Notes under the pieces: generated by a model
Databases searched by the model: none
Told to the model about the DNA's origin: nothing
The model's input: only the letters and a program-made list of their open reading frames with translations
IMG/VR virus record: IMGVR_UViG_3300048850_000068
Span: 32,001 to 96,000 of that record
Origin: a virus
Length of the DNA stretch: 64,000 bases
Strand: one strand, 5' to 3'
Shown: positions 21,201-31,096 of the stretch, one piece after another
Position numbering within the stretch: position 1 is the first letter of the stretch
How the letters are laid out: each line of letters starts with the position of its first letter
Made by a program: the position numbers and the translations under genes

Positions 21201-23515
21201 CACACGAAGCGTGCGTCGCGGCCGGCGAACTCCGTCGAGGAGCCGCGGCCATAGAGCTCGAGGTGCGACACGTAAGGAGCGCCCGCTCCTTCCCAGCCGC
21301 GCGCATTGAATTCCAGGGCAGCCGGAGACGAGGTCTTCGAGGTGCGCGACACCGCCGACACGTAGAAGATCCACTTGCCGGCCGCGGCGTCCTCGATGTC
21401 GAGCGAGGTCGAGGCGACCTGGCCGAAGCTCACGAAGCCGTCGCGGGGCGACTGGGCCGAGATCAGGTAACCGGCAGCCATGAAGTCGTCGGACGGGGTC
21501 CAGGACAGCGAGATCCGGCTCTTGGCCTGGCCGTTGCGCCAGTAGAGGCTTTCGACCGCGGTCAGGTTGGTCGGCGCCTTGATCAGGTCTTGCGGCCGCG
21601 TGTAGGGGATTTGCGGCAGCTTGATATCGAGTTCGACGCGGGCATACTTGGTCGGGTCGTTGAACAGCGCCGTGATCTTGAACAGGTGCTTGTCCGTCTC
21701 GGTGACCGACATGACGCGGAAGCGCCGCGGGGCGACGTCGGTGCCGGTGATCACCCATTGCGCGCCCTTGACCGCAACCTGCGGGAACGACAGGGCGGTG
21801 CGGATCTCGGTGTAGCCACCGTCGGCGTCGGGCAGGTCCCAGGCCGCGATGGCACGGCTCTCCACCTTGCCGTCGGGCATGACCACGTAGAGCACGTAGG
21901 ATTCGCCGGGCTTCGGGATGAAACCCTTGTCGAGGGTGAAGCGGTTGCCCGTGGCCGTGAGAAGACGCCCGCCGAGGCGCACCTGCGCCTTCTTCGGGTC
22001 GGCAATGAGCACGATCTGCCCGGGCTTCAGGTCCGCCTGGTCCCAGGATGCTTCCCACTCGGCGGTTTCGGTCTCGTGCTGCTCGGTGTCGAGCGCCCAC
22101 TTGCCGTAGCGGTGCGCCTGGCCGCGGCTGGTGCATCCCACCGCCTGCATTTCGAGCGGACGATAGCCGAACTTGGCGAGCTGCTCGGCATTCTCGACGT
22201 ATTCGATCGCCGAGCGGTAATGATCCGTCGGATCGTTCCAGCCGACGAGCGCCACGGAATGCCGGGCCTTCATCGACGTGCCGGAATACTTGAAGTGCCC
22301 GCCGATGACGTTCGAGGGCGTGATCAGCTTGACCGGGTCCTGCGGCATGTCGGCCGAGGCGTAGACCTGCCCATAGGACCAATAGGCCATACCGCGGAAG
22401 GCGGTCGTGACGGTCTGCAACACCTTGTAAGCGTCGTCCCTCGTGTTGATGACGCCGTTGAAGGTGAAGCGCGGCTCCATGATGTTGGAACCGTCCGGGT
22501 TGTGATAGCCCGACGGCACCTTCTGGTCGCAGTATTGCGCGATCTGATAGAGCGACCACTTGTCGACCTTGGTCGCGTCGATGAACTCGCCCAGCCCGTA
22601 GCGGTCGTTGGTCAGGAGATCATACAGAACCCAGGCCGGGTTGTTCGACCAGACGCGCTTGAACGAGCCGTCCCAGATGCCCGAGTATTCGCGGGTGATC
22701 GGGTTGTAGTTGGTCGGGACCAGAATGCGCAGGCCCTTGATGTGATAGGAGCGCTCCGGGATGTTCGAGCCAAACTGCTCGGCGTCGAGCTCCATCGCCA
22801 CAAGGGCGGTGTTCGGATACGAGAACTTGCCCTCGGTGAGGATCGTGTAGCTCTCCCACCAGGTTTCGTTCTGGAGCTCGACCTTTTCGGAATCGGGCGT
22901 GCGCCGGCGCACGCGCAGGTTCCAGACGCCATCGACGGAATCCGGCAGCTCGACGCGGTGCGCCTTCTGGTAGGGCGAGGTGGTCTTCTGGTTGGTGATG
23001 TCGACCTTGACCTTCTCGACCCAGGATGCGCCCGGCACCTGAACGTCGATCGAATAGGACACGGACGCGCCCTTGAGCGTGCCCTCGTCGTCCTGCTCGG
23101 CGAGCGCGGGAATGCGGATGATGAAGCGCACCGCATCGGCGTTGCGGTCGTTGATCTGGCGGATCGGCGCAGTCTCGTTGAACTTCACCTCGGTCTCGAC
23201 CTGGACCGGCTGTTCGGTCATGGTGAAGTTCTTGAGGTAGTCCTGATCGGCCAGGCCGTAGCGAACCTGACGCGACACGCCCTTGAAATTGAACGAGCCG
23301 TTGGGGTTCTCGACCGGCGTGGTGTCGAAATAGATCCACTGCAGACCGTCCTTGGCCGGCCCCTCGATGCGACCCTCGCCCAGGATCTCGATCAGGCGTG
23401 CCTTTGCCTTCGAGCGCAGGGTGTTGTCAGCCTCTTCGGCTCCCCCTCCGCCCATCTTGCCGCCGCCACCGCCCGAGCCGCTGATGCCCTCAAGCTGATC
23501 GAAAAAGTCACGCAT
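18266..23515 (-). CDS. host-specificity/central tail tip protein (lambda J-like)
   Basis: 1749 aa; WSNNPAWVLYDLLTNDRYGLG, EPRFTFNG, GCTSRGQAHR, FN3-like repeats. Confidence 0.93.
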   Translation of the reverse strand: MRDFFDQLEGISGSGGGGGKMGGGGAEEADNTLRSKAKARLIEILGEGRIEGPAKDGLQWIYFDTTPVENPNGSFNFKGVSRQVRYGLADQDYLKNFTMTEQPVQVETEVKFNETAPIRQINDRNADAVRFIIRIPALAEQDDEGTLKGASVSYSIDVQVPGASWVEKVKVDITNQKTTSPYQKAHRVELPDSVDGVWNLRVRRRTPDSEKVELQNETWWESYTILTEGKFSYPNTALVAMELDAEQFGSNIPERSYHIKGLRILVPTNYNPITREYSGIWDGSFKRVWSNNPAWVLYDLLTNDRYGLGEFIDATKVDKWSLYQIAQYCDQKVPSGYHNPDGSNIMEPRFTFNGVINTRDDAYKVLQTVTTAFRGMAYWSYGQVYASADMPQDPVKLITPSNVIGGHFKYSGTSMKARHSVALVGWNDPTDHYRSAIEYVENAEQLAKFGYRPLEMQAVGCTSRGQAHRYGKWALDTEQHETETAEWEASWDQADLKPGQIVLIADPKKAQVRLGGRLLTATGNRFTLDKGFIPKPGESYVLYVVMPDGKVESRAIAAWDLPDADGGYTEIRTALSFPQVAVKGAQWVITGTDVAPRRFRVMSVTETDKHLFKITALFNDPTKYARVELDIKLPQIPYTRPQDLIKAPTNLTAVESLYWRNGQAKSRISLSWTPSDDFMAAGYLISAQSPRDGFVSFGQVASTSLDIEDAAAGKWIFYVSAVSRTSKTSSPAALEFNARGWEGAGAPYVSHLELYGRGSSTEFAGRDARFVWRNNFPGSSYETGTGTAGAGNVNPFYRDNVIRVFDVETGRLVRTEAILTNDYTYSFDKNVQDFRTIGKSAQRKFRFEVTVRDTLGRESSPAVLTVENPVPDLIIPKLWTNNSGALYVDYPFPDDLDFAGGLVWASRAPNFDPYATSPVYDGPNNFVSIPLEEFATYYIRFAAYDSFGKVGLNISPEVEMTMSGIVVDNTPPAIPTGLALASKVERASDGVISATLTATWAKSPSENFSTFEVEIKRGAGDWIGFVTSGDPKAENATYVWSGLALNETYTVRVKARSRNGVASGYSTEVSHKTPLNTVKPGAPTNLTATASLKSAYLKWANPSDPDLSVVEIWSSTTNNIADALLVGTSAGIAFTHAGIATNVTRYYWVRSVNTSALQSNFSAVASVTPGQVAEGDIAANAITADKIQAGAIEGEHLNINTSLPPTITIGKTGVSIGATTEPGKLINSQTTKIDPGQILIAGDVSLASWRDGTDLTKIRGGSIAANSISANQLEVGLRGITVSGLQFSYNKETNQVSWSSGTIEYIGDDGKMKVDAISASSKTWAAGTVIYFVWTRGTTALSTPTTPPAGADQIILGTYRGGVDLNMTYGRTMIDGNQIRTGSLTADLVAAGEFITDKAQIKGGIIENTHLAGYITFDKLAGGTLSAADKIRVGGDRFVLWAPGQNLNIYDAQPIGVLPGELSAGRLRVRLGKLGEGTTDYGLQMFDANGTYIFGTGGFGASVIPNHAIASLDTSKLSGSIDKSRTTGFGAMSAVDYIGAHNIGTYIAGAAIGNAYIADLHGDKIHVNSLHGNRIQAESITADKVTTGVLITRSAQIGHAVIDEANIGVATIGTLRLKNSAISTMAAVSGRADSRAGSGIAVNVYCRQGGKCVVIASHAGGQVNGTNPGVTTFNLYVDNVLQSGSMVASSATVTYTNVYGENISTTFIYPITHQWIINNPNEETKTFRLHCPNSDRAMGAVMTVLEFAR

Positions 23516-24172
23516 TTAAGCTGCCACCTTGTAAGAGCCGATGTCCTCGATATCGATGCCGGCGGATGCCGGGATGGAGCCGGTGATGACCTCGCCGTAG
23601 ACCAGCGGCACGGCGCTTCCCTGCTCGTTCATGTTGACGGGTCCGGAGAAGGCGAAGCTCTCGTCCTTGCTCTCGTCCTTGGGCTCTTCCTTGGGTGCGA
23701 GCATTTGGCTGACGCCAGCGAGCGTCATCGCCATGCCGAACATCGCAATGTTGCCCCAGGTGATGCTCATGGGACCGATCGAGAACGCGGTCTGTCCGAG
23801 GCCTGCGACCAGTCCGCCGGCAGCACCCGCCGACATGAAGACCGCAACGCCGATCAGCGCCACGCCAAGCACTGCCTTGAGCGCTCCACCGCCGCCCTTA
23901 CCACCGCCCTGTGCCGAGCCTTCAGCGACCGGGACCAGGTGCAGATCCGCATTGCCGACATTGAAGGTGTTCACGATCTCCAGATCGATGTGCATGCCGG
24001 TCTTCCGCTTGCCGCGGACGATCTGATACGAACCGATCTCGAGCGCCTTCAGGAACTCGGTGCCGAAATTGGCATAGAGCGCGCGAATGGCTTCGCCCGC
24101 GGTCTGAACGTCGAACGAGAACTCGGCCCCGAACTTCTTGCGAAGATGGCCGTGCAGAATGACCTTACGCAT
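23516..24172 (-). CDS. tail assembly protein (lambda I-like)
   Basis: MRKVILHGHL, FSGPVN...QG.AVPLVYGE. Confidence 0.88.
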   Translation of the reverse strand: MRKVILHGHLRKKFGAEFSFDVQTAGEAIRALYANFGTEFLKALEIGSYQIVRGKRKTGMHIDLEIVNTFNVGNADLHLVPVAEGSAQGGGKGGGGALKAVLGVALIGVAVFMSAGAAGGLVAGLGQTAFSIGPMSITWGNIAMFGMAMTLAGVSQMLAPKEEPKDESKDESFAFSGPVNMNEQGSAVPLVYGEVITGSIPASAGIDIEDIGSYKVAA

Positions 24173-24947
24173 CTTGATTGAGCTCCGGATGACGCACCCA
24201 CATGTCCGCCCCGTGGGCCCAGACGCCGGCAGGCTCGCGCCGGCTCAGCCGGTTCGGCAGGTGGTGCAAAATCATGTCGCCCTCGAGCAGGATTCCCGCG
24301 TGGCTCGGAACCGGCGAACCCGGAAGGGCAATGAGAAAGCAATCGCCGGGCTTCGCCACGCTTGCGCTGATGCGCTGAAAACCCAGCTTCTTGAGCCAGT
24401 CGCCGTAGAGATCCTGACCCTTGGTCCAGTAGGCGTCTTCGCGCGGCACGGCCGGCAGGCTCTTGCCGAAATGCTCCTGGAAGGCATCGCGCACGAGGCT
24501 GTAGCAATCGAACACACCCCAGACGAACGGGCGCTCGAGAAGCGGCGCGCGGGGCAGCGTGTCGCCCCAGATCACCAGCTCTTCAGCAGCCTCGGTCTCG
24601 CCGGTATGCGTGTCGTGATTGACCACGACGATGATCCACGGCAGATCCGTGGTGATCTGGCCGCGCATGTCGTTCTCGGACGGATACATCGGGCCGTTCG
24701 GGTGCGAGTGCACGATCGCCTCGACCTTGCGGCCGCTCTCGCTGAGACTGATCAGCGTCTCAGGGGCGATCTTGAAATCGGTCTCGGGGTTGAGCGCGTA
24801 ATTGAAGCAGGGAATGTATTGTCCGTCGGCAATGACCCCGCAGCTTTCCTTGGGGAATTGCTCGACCGCGTGCTGACGCGCAGCCAAGAGCGCAGAGGGA
24901 TTGAACAGGGCGCGCACCTCGCCCTTCCATTGTGCGAAGTCGCTCAT
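24165..24947 (-). CDS. tail assembly protein K (JAB + NlpC/P60)
   Basis: ESCG, VHSHP..PSEND, GVFDCYSLVRD, HAGI. Confidence 0.9.
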   Translation of the reverse strand: MSDFAQWKGEVRALFNPSALLAARQHAVEQFPKESCGVIADGQYIPCFNYALNPETDFKIAPETLISLSESGRKVEAIVHSHPNGPMYPSENDMRGQITTDLPWIIVVVNHDTHTGETEAAEELVIWGDTLPRAPLLERPFVWGVFDCYSLVRDAFQEHFGKSLPAVPREDAYWTKGQDLYGDWLKKLGFQRISASVAKPGDCFLIALPGSPVPSHAGILLEGDMILHHLPNRLSRREPAGVWAHGADMWVRHPELNQDA

Positions 24948-25690
24948 GACAGACGAACCCTTGCCACGCCCGGGAATGCGCCGAACGGCTTGGTTGCGCC
25001 CTCGCCATAGCGAGCCTCGCAGCCGTCGAGCTGATGGTTGCACACGTCCTTGTCGATGGTCGTGGGCTTGTTGAAACGGTCGAAATACTTGCCGCCCGTG
25101 TAGGGGCACGCCGTGGTGCCGGTGTGATAGACCTGGCGCGCCGGGGTGACCAAGCGGCCGAGCGCGTCATAGACGGCCGGCTCCCAGCGCCGATAGCGCC
25201 ACTGACAGGTGTCGCGCAGGATCACGCGGCCCGGAAGCTTGCGGCCCTCCTGGTCGATCGAGGCGGACAGCTCCCATTCGATGAAGATCGGGTTCTCGTC
25301 AGCCTTGCGCTCGACGCGGAAGCGGTCAGGGCCGAAATACGCGGTCGGATCAGCCTCAGCCTCGCCGTCGAGGAAGCGCCGGAAGGTGCGCACGCGGGCC
25401 ACATCGCAGCCGAGCATGTCACCATAGGTGTTGACCATGCCCTGAATGACGCCGTTGCCGTTGGCGATGCGCATCTTCGGGGTCGGCAGCGCGCCGTTGC
25501 CATTGGTCTCGAAGTCGGAGAACTCGACATCGACCGGCGTGTAGTAGACGCCGCCGAAGGTCACGCCCTTGGTGTCATAGGCGCCCTGGCAGAAATAGTA
25601 GACCTGCCCGCCGATGCTGGTCGCATCAAGACGGAACAGGGTTACGATTTCGCCGGGATTTGGAGCCTGAACGACGGACTGTAGTGACAT
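24944..25690 (-). CDS. minor tail protein L
   Basis: RVRTFRRFLD, CQWRYR, C..C..C cluster, FGAFPG. Confidence 0.9.
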   Translation of the reverse strand: MSLQSVVQAPNPGEIVTLFRLDATSIGGQVYYFCQGAYDTKGVTFGGVYYTPVDVEFSDFETNGNGALPTPKMRIANGNGVIQGMVNTYGDMLGCDVARVRTFRRFLDGEAEADPTAYFGPDRFRVERKADENPIFIEWELSASIDQEGRKLPGRVILRDTCQWRYRRWEPAVYDALGRLVTPARQVYHTGTTACPYTGGKYFDRFNKPTTIDKDVCNHQLDGCEARYGEGATKPFGAFPGVARVRLS

Positions 25691-25732
25691 AAGAACCTTT
25701 TCGCTGAGTGCCTATGATAAGTCAATACTGAC

Positions 25733-26089
25733 TTACTGTGCAACGTTAAATGAACGTCGGAACACGCACTTCACCTCGCGCAGACCGCCCTTCCCGCGCA
25801 CGTCGGAAATCTCCTTGCAGGTCCACCTGATCGGAGTGGTTTCGTCCGAGGGCGTGTAGAGGAAGGCGGTGTCACCGCCGTGGCGCCGAATGAAGTCGGT
25901 AATATACTTGGCGTGGACCGGGTGCAGCACATCCCATTGCAGCGTCAGCACGTCCCGGATGTGGTTCATGCCGTCGCGGGTGGTCTGGGTGTAGCCGTCG
26001 CCGAACTCCGCCTCGAGGAGCTTGAACTCGGGCACGTTCTCGGTGCCCGGGCTCGGTGGGACTGGCGGATTAAACGTCTCGTATGCCAT
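25733..26089 (-). CDS. minor tail protein M
   Basis: FGDGYTQ...DGMN, F.YTP motifs. Confidence 0.85.
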   Translation of the reverse strand: MAYETFNPPVPPSPGTENVPEFKLLEAEFGDGYTQTTRDGMNHIRDVLTLQWDVLHPVHAKYITDFIRRHGGDTAFLYTPSDETTPIRWTCKEISDVRGKGGLREVKCVFRRSFNVAQ

Positions 26090-26102
26090 TCTCTCGTTCT
26101 CC

Positions 26103-29100
26103 TTAGCGCCGCAGCATGCCGCCCGGGCGCATTTGCTGCCGGATTTCCTGGCCCACCATGGCCTTTGCGGCTTCCTGGACCTTCTTGCCGATCATGTCGG
26201 CGAGCTTCTCGTCCTGCTTCTGGTTGCCGGAGGAGCCGCCCGAGACATTCACGTTGATGTTCTGCTGCACCTGGTTGCCGCCGACGCCACCGCCGAGAGC
26301 CTTCATCTGCTCAGGGGTGAACACGCCCTCGCCCTTCTTGAGCACGGCCGGCACCTCGTCAGAACCGATGATCCCGCCAGTGTGGAACTTGGGCAGGGCC
26401 GAAAGGTCGACGCCGACATTGCGGGTGAAGGTGTGCTCGGATCCGGCAATGCCGCCCGTGTGCAGCCCGAAGAGCTTCATGATCGACTTGCCGCCCGCCG
26501 CTCCCGCACCAGGCACGGCACCGCCCATCTTGCCGCCGGAACCCTTCGATCCGCCGAACATGCCGGAGAAGGCAGCCTTCAGGGCGATCTTGGTCATGTC
26601 GGCGATGATCGACTTGGCGAGCGAGGCGAAATCGGCCTTACCCGTGGTGATGAACTGAGCGAGCGCGTCGGCTGCCCCGTCCATCCAGCCGGTCATGGCC
26701 TGTTCCATGTTCTTGCCGAAGTTGCCCCACTCCTGCATCTGCTTGGCGAGCGGACCGGATGCCGACACCTGCTGGGCATAGGCCTGCTTCTTCGCCTGAA
26801 GCGTCTGCTCGATCTGGGCCCGGCGCTCGGCCGTGAGACCTTCCATCTGCAGCAGCGCCTCGAGGCGACGCAGTTCGGCCTGGTGCGTCTGCTCGCGCGC
26901 CTGCTCGGTGGTGAGAAGACCGCGCCTGACCGCCTCGACCTTCTCATTCTCGGTCATCAGGAACTCGCGCATCTCGCGGTCCCGCAGCGACGAGATATAG
27001 CGGGCGTTGTCCTCGAGGACCTGGCGTGCCTGAGCCTGCTGCGCCTCGTTGAAGGCGCCGGAGTTCAGACCCTTGTTGATCAGGTCGTTTTCACGCTCGC
27101 GGGACGCACGCTCCCGGTAGTAGCTGTCCGAGTATTCGAACCCGCCGCCTGCCTTCTCACGCCGGCGCAGCTCCGCCTCGCGCAGCTCGAGGTCTTCCAT
27201 GCGCGCCTTCGAGCCCGTCGAGGAGCGCTCAAGCTGGTCACGGAATTCCTTGTTCTTGCGCGCCTTCTTGTCGGCTTCGTCCCACTCCTTTGCGAGCGCG
27301 ATCAGCTCCTTATACTGTGCGGAGTTCGGGTCGACATTACCGGCAATGATCTTGCCTTCCTTGATCGACTTGACGATCGCCGTGTAGTTCTTGTCGAGCC
27401 CTTCGCTCTGCTGCGTCGCCTCGACGATCTCGCGCTTGACGCGCTCCATCTCGTCGGACAGGGCGTTCTTGCCGAGGATCTTATTGAGCTCCGCCTGCAG
27501 GCCCTTCAGATCCTCGATCTTGTCCTGCGCCCAACCCGGACCGGCCGGGGTGTCGCGCTTGGCGTCGTTCGGGTCGGTCGAGGGCTGAGCCGGGATCGCC
27601 GGACGCACGGGAGAACGTCCGTCGCGCCCACCACCGCCGTAGCCGAGATTGATGAAGGTATGCGCACCGATCTGCTTACCGGGCGTATGGCCCCAGCCGC
27701 CCGGCTGCATGGCCCGGTCGCCGCGCGAAAGCGACGTGGCCTTGTTCAGGAAGTGCGTCGCCCCGTTGGTGACGTCCTGGATCGTGCCGGCGAGCACGCC
27801 GTTGACGATATCGAGCGCCCGCTTGTATTCGTCAGACAGCGGGTTGATCGCGGCCATGCGGGCGCGACCCTCGGCGGTGTTCCAGGGCTCGAACTGCCAG
27901 GGCGCCTGAACGACCCCATCGAGGCTCTTCCCGGAGCTGTTGGCCCGGTTGCGGATCACTTCCGCCACAGCCTGCATGCCGACGTCGCCCTGATTGCGAG
28001 CTTCCGCCAGCACCGTGCGCACCACGCGGTCGATCTCGCCGGCGCCGACCTGGCCGGAATAGGGCGTGCCCGATCCCATCTGGATCTTGCCGTTGGCGTC
28101 GATCGAGACATTGGCCGCATTGTCGGCAACCAAGCCGAAGGCCTGACCGATCTGCTGCACCACGCCGAGGAAGGTCTGGGCGCTGGACAGCACCGTGCCG
28201 CCAAAGACGTCGCGGATCGCAGCACCGGCGCGGCCGGCTTCCGTCGTGGTCTGGGTGAAAGCGGTCTTGACGCCGGTGATCGTGCGCTGCATCGGGGTAG
28301 ACCCGAAGTCGCTTTCCAGCATGCCCTTATACTTGAGGATCAGCTTGTCGACCTCGGACGAGCCGCGGTTCTGAGCCTCGAAGATATCGTTCTGAAGCTT
28401 GCGCTTCAGGTTGGCGGCATCGCGCTCGAAATCGGTGCGGCCGTCGAGCGCCTTCTTGGTCGCGTCGATCTGTTCCTGGACCTCAAGGAGCTGCTCGACC
28501 GTCTCGGCAATCTTCCTGTTGTCGAGCGGGCCATACTTCTGCATCTCCATGAGCTCGAAGCGCAGCTTCTCAGCCTCGCTCGAGGCGCCGGCGAGTTCAG
28601 CCCGGTTGCCGGCGAGCTCCGCCTTCATGCGGTTGAGAGCGGTCGCGGCCTTCTGGTAGAGCTTTTCCTCGTCCTGGGCCTTGGCCGACATCGGCGTGCC
28701 CTTCTCGAGGGCGCGCAAGGCATCGGCCGACTGGCGCATCTGCGCGATCCGGCGGGTGATGATCTCCTGCGTGGCCGTCATCGCAGCCTTTTCGGCCGCG
28801 CTGATCTCACCCATGGCGCCGCTTGCCGCCTGGACCTGGGCTTCCCAGTAGCTTTCCAGCTCGCGGATGGAATCCTCGTAGAACCGGAGCTGACGCGAGC
28901 GGGTGTCGTTGCGATACTCTTCCTCGAGGTCGACAATCGACTGCCCGGCCTTGATCGCCGCGTTGCGCTTACTCTCATACTGCTTGGAGAAGGCCACGAA
29001 CTCCTGGTCGTAGCTCTTCTGGATCGAGGCCTGGCGCTTCTGGATCTCAGCTTCGATCGCCTCGGTCTGCTTGCGCCCTTCCGCTTCCTCGGCCTTGGCG

Positions 29101-30683
29101 CCGAAATCAGCGAATTGACGCTCCATTTCATCGAGCTTCTTGCGCTCGTTGGCGATCTGATCAACGAGAGAATCGCCGATGCCGAAGATCGCCGACTTAC
29201 CAGCGCGGTCCTTGCCGACCATCTTCTGCTGATAGGCGAGATCAGCCTCGAGGAGACGCAGCTTCTCGCGCTGCTGCTCCAGGAACGGCTGAGCGTCCTG
29301 CACGGCCTTGCGGCTCGAGGCGCCATACTTCTCAAGGTTCTCCCAGGCGTCCCGGGTCTTGTCGGAGAACAACCCGAGGGCATTGCCGGTAAGCAGCACC
29401 GCGCCGGCAACCAAAGGCAGCCAGGGCGCAATGGTAGACAGGCTCACGGAGAGAAGACCAACAGCCGTTGTCGCGCTTCGCAACGTGGTAGCGAGCGCGG
29501 TCGAGCCCATGATCCAAGGCTGCATAGGGCCATGTGCGCCCACGGCATTTCGTCCAGCCCACGCCATGAAGCCGGTCTGGAAGGCCTGCACCTGCAGAGA
29601 GGCAAGACGCATGCTCGTGGTGAGCTGACCCACCATCGAGATCATGCCCTGAAGACCCGCCATCGCAAGTCGCCCACCGAAGGCAACCGCCATGACCTGC
29701 CCGGCGAGGATCAGTTCGTCCTTGTATTCGATGATGGCGTTGACCGCCATCCGGACGTAACCAATCGCCGCGGTGAGCCCATTGCCGACGCTCTGAGCGA
29801 AGGCCGAGGCCTGCGGCGTGGACAGCACGCGGTTGAAGTCCTCGAGCTGCTTCTTGATCGCATCGAAATAGCCGGTCTGCCCAACCTTGATGGCAAAGTC
29901 CTGCAGGCCCGTGCGGGTGCGGTTGAGCAAGCCGTTGAAGGTGTTCATCTGGGCTTCAGCCGCGCCACCGAAGGTGCGGTCGAGTTCGAGCCGGAGCGCT
30001 TCGAGCGCGGGCTTGGCCTGCACCGTGCCGGTCGCAATATCCTGGGCCAACTGAGCGTAGGTGGTGCCGAGCGCGCGGGCCAGGAGCTCGGTGGCGCGGG
30101 GAACCGCTTCACCCAACTGCTGCCGCAGCTCTTCCATCTGAATGACGCCCTTGCCCGCCATCTGCGAGATCGCGAGCGAGGCACGGTTGAGCTGATCTTC
30201 GGTGCCGCCCGCGGCCGCAACGGAATCGACCAGCGCCTTCATCGAGCCGGCCATCGGGTCGATACCCGTGGTCTTCATCTTGACGAAGACGTTGGTCAGG
30301 GCTGCGAGCGAATAGGGTGCGTTCTTGGCGCTCTCGCGCAGATATTCGATCTGGCGGGTGGCGTCGCGGATCGGGTCGGCTGCCTGAGACATGCCGGCAA
30401 GGAGCGTCTTCATACGCTCCATCTCGGCATTCACCTGGACGATTTGGCCGGCCCAGCCGGTCATGAGACCCTGGACGTTGTTGATCGCGGCGCCGAACAG
30501 GCCTGCAACCACGGTGACGTCGCGCAAGGTGCCGAGGAAGTCGCGGGAGCTCTCGTTGAGCTGCCGGACAGAGGTCATCCCCTGCCCGACATTGCGCTGA
30601 AACTGGCGAACGGTTTCGCCGGCATGCAGCATCCGGGTCGTGAAGGACCCATCAACAAGTTCTAGCTCAACCCGGATTGCCAT
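26103..30683 (-). CDS. tape measure protein with internal cell-wall hydrolase domain
   Basis: 1526 aa; QMAGKGVIQMEELRQQLGE, AEARNQG...VIRNR...ATHF, C-terminal HTGGI motifs. Confidence 0.92.
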   Translation of the reverse strand: MAIRVELELVDGSFTTRMLHAGETVRQFQRNVGQGMTSVRQLNESSRDFLGTLRDVTVVAGLFGAAINNVQGLMTGWAGQIVQVNAEMERMKTLLAGMSQAADPIRDATRQIEYLRESAKNAPYSLAALTNVFVKMKTTGIDPMAGSMKALVDSVAAAGGTEDQLNRASLAISQMAGKGVIQMEELRQQLGEAVPRATELLARALGTTYAQLAQDIATGTVQAKPALEALRLELDRTFGGAAEAQMNTFNGLLNRTRTGLQDFAIKVGQTGYFDAIKKQLEDFNRVLSTPQASAFAQSVGNGLTAAIGYVRMAVNAIIEYKDELILAGQVMAVAFGGRLAMAGLQGMISMVGQLTTSMRLASLQVQAFQTGFMAWAGRNAVGAHGPMQPWIMGSTALATTLRSATTAVGLLSVSLSTIAPWLPLVAGAVLLTGNALGLFSDKTRDAWENLEKYGASSRKAVQDAQPFLEQQREKLRLLEADLAYQQKMVGKDRAGKSAIFGIGDSLVDQIANERKKLDEMERQFADFGAKAEEAEGRKQTEAIEAEIQKRQASIQKSYDQEFVAFSKQYESKRNAAIKAGQSIVDLEEEYRNDTRSRQLRFYEDSIRELESYWEAQVQAASGAMGEISAAEKAAMTATQEIITRRIAQMRQSADALRALEKGTPMSAKAQDEEKLYQKAATALNRMKAELAGNRAELAGASSEAEKLRFELMEMQKYGPLDNRKIAETVEQLLEVQEQIDATKKALDGRTDFERDAANLKRKLQNDIFEAQNRGSSEVDKLILKYKGMLESDFGSTPMQRTITGVKTAFTQTTTEAGRAGAAIRDVFGGTVLSSAQTFLGVVQQIGQAFGLVADNAANVSIDANGKIQMGSGTPYSGQVGAGEIDRVVRTVLAEARNQGDVGMQAVAEVIRNRANSSGKSLDGVVQAPWQFEPWNTAEGRARMAAINPLSDEYKRALDIVNGVLAGTIQDVTNGATHFLNKATSLSRGDRAMQPGGWGHTPGKQIGAHTFINLGYGGGGRDGRSPVRPAIPAQPSTDPNDAKRDTPAGPGWAQDKIEDLKGLQAELNKILGKNALSDEMERVKREIVEATQQSEGLDKNYTAIVKSIKEGKIIAGNVDPNSAQYKELIALAKEWDEADKKARKNKEFRDQLERSSTGSKARMEDLELREAELRRREKAGGGFEYSDSYYRERASRERENDLINKGLNSGAFNEAQQAQARQVLEDNARYISSLRDREMREFLMTENEKVEAVRRGLLTTEQAREQTHQAELRRLEALLQMEGLTAERRAQIEQTLQAKKQAYAQQVSASGPLAKQMQEWGNFGKNMEQAMTGWMDGAADALAQFITTGKADFASLAKSIIADMTKIALKAAFSGMFGGSKGSGGKMGGAVPGAGAAGGKSIMKLFGLHTGGIAGSEHTFTRNVGVDLSALPKFHTGGIIGSDEVPAVLKKGEGVFTPEQMKALGGGVGGNQVQQNINVNVSGGSSGNQKQDEKLADMIGKKVQEAAKAMVGQEIRQQMRPGGMLRR

Positions 30684-30733
30684 TGACGTCCTGTCCTTAA
30701 GTAAGTCAGTTATGACTTACTATTGTAATCATG

Positions 30734-31096
30734 TTAGCTCCACTTTCCCATCCCTTTCAGAGCCATCAGGCCGTCGCGGTCGCGTTCGGCTTCCGCCTGG
30801 GCGATCTGCTGCTGCGCCAGTGCCTCCTCGTCGTAGACAACCACATCACCGATGGTCTTGCGGCTGTTCTCGAGAAAGGCGTCGTGGCCCTTCTCCGACT
30901 GGGATGCGACCAGCACCATCAACTGCCGCTGGTCCTCTTCCGAGGCCAGGCGATCGATGTTCCGGTTGAGCAGCCAGAAATGCTTGATGGGTGTCTTCAG
31001 GACCGCCTTGAAGTCCTGAAAACCGTAGAAGCGAAAAACGCGGGTAACGAGATAGCCAAAATCGATGGCTTTCAGGGCCCCGCCTACTGAGGGTTT
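30734..31096 (-). CDS. tail assembly chaperone GT extension (-1 frame)
   Basis: The -1 frame is open from the slippery site to the stop at 30734. Confidence 0.65.
   Translation of the reverse strand, partial: KPSVGGALKAIDFGYLVTRVFRFYGFQDFKAVLKTPIKHFWLLNRNIDRLASEEDQRQLMVLVASQSEKGHDAFLENSRKTIGDVVVYDEEALAQQQIAQAEAERDRDGLMALKGMGKWS

Noticed and set aside
20108-30665. Very long plus-strand ORFs (20108-24181, 26022-30665) and similar ones elsewhere
   Set aside because: These are antisense shadows of well-supported high-GC tail genes and carry no recognisable motifs.
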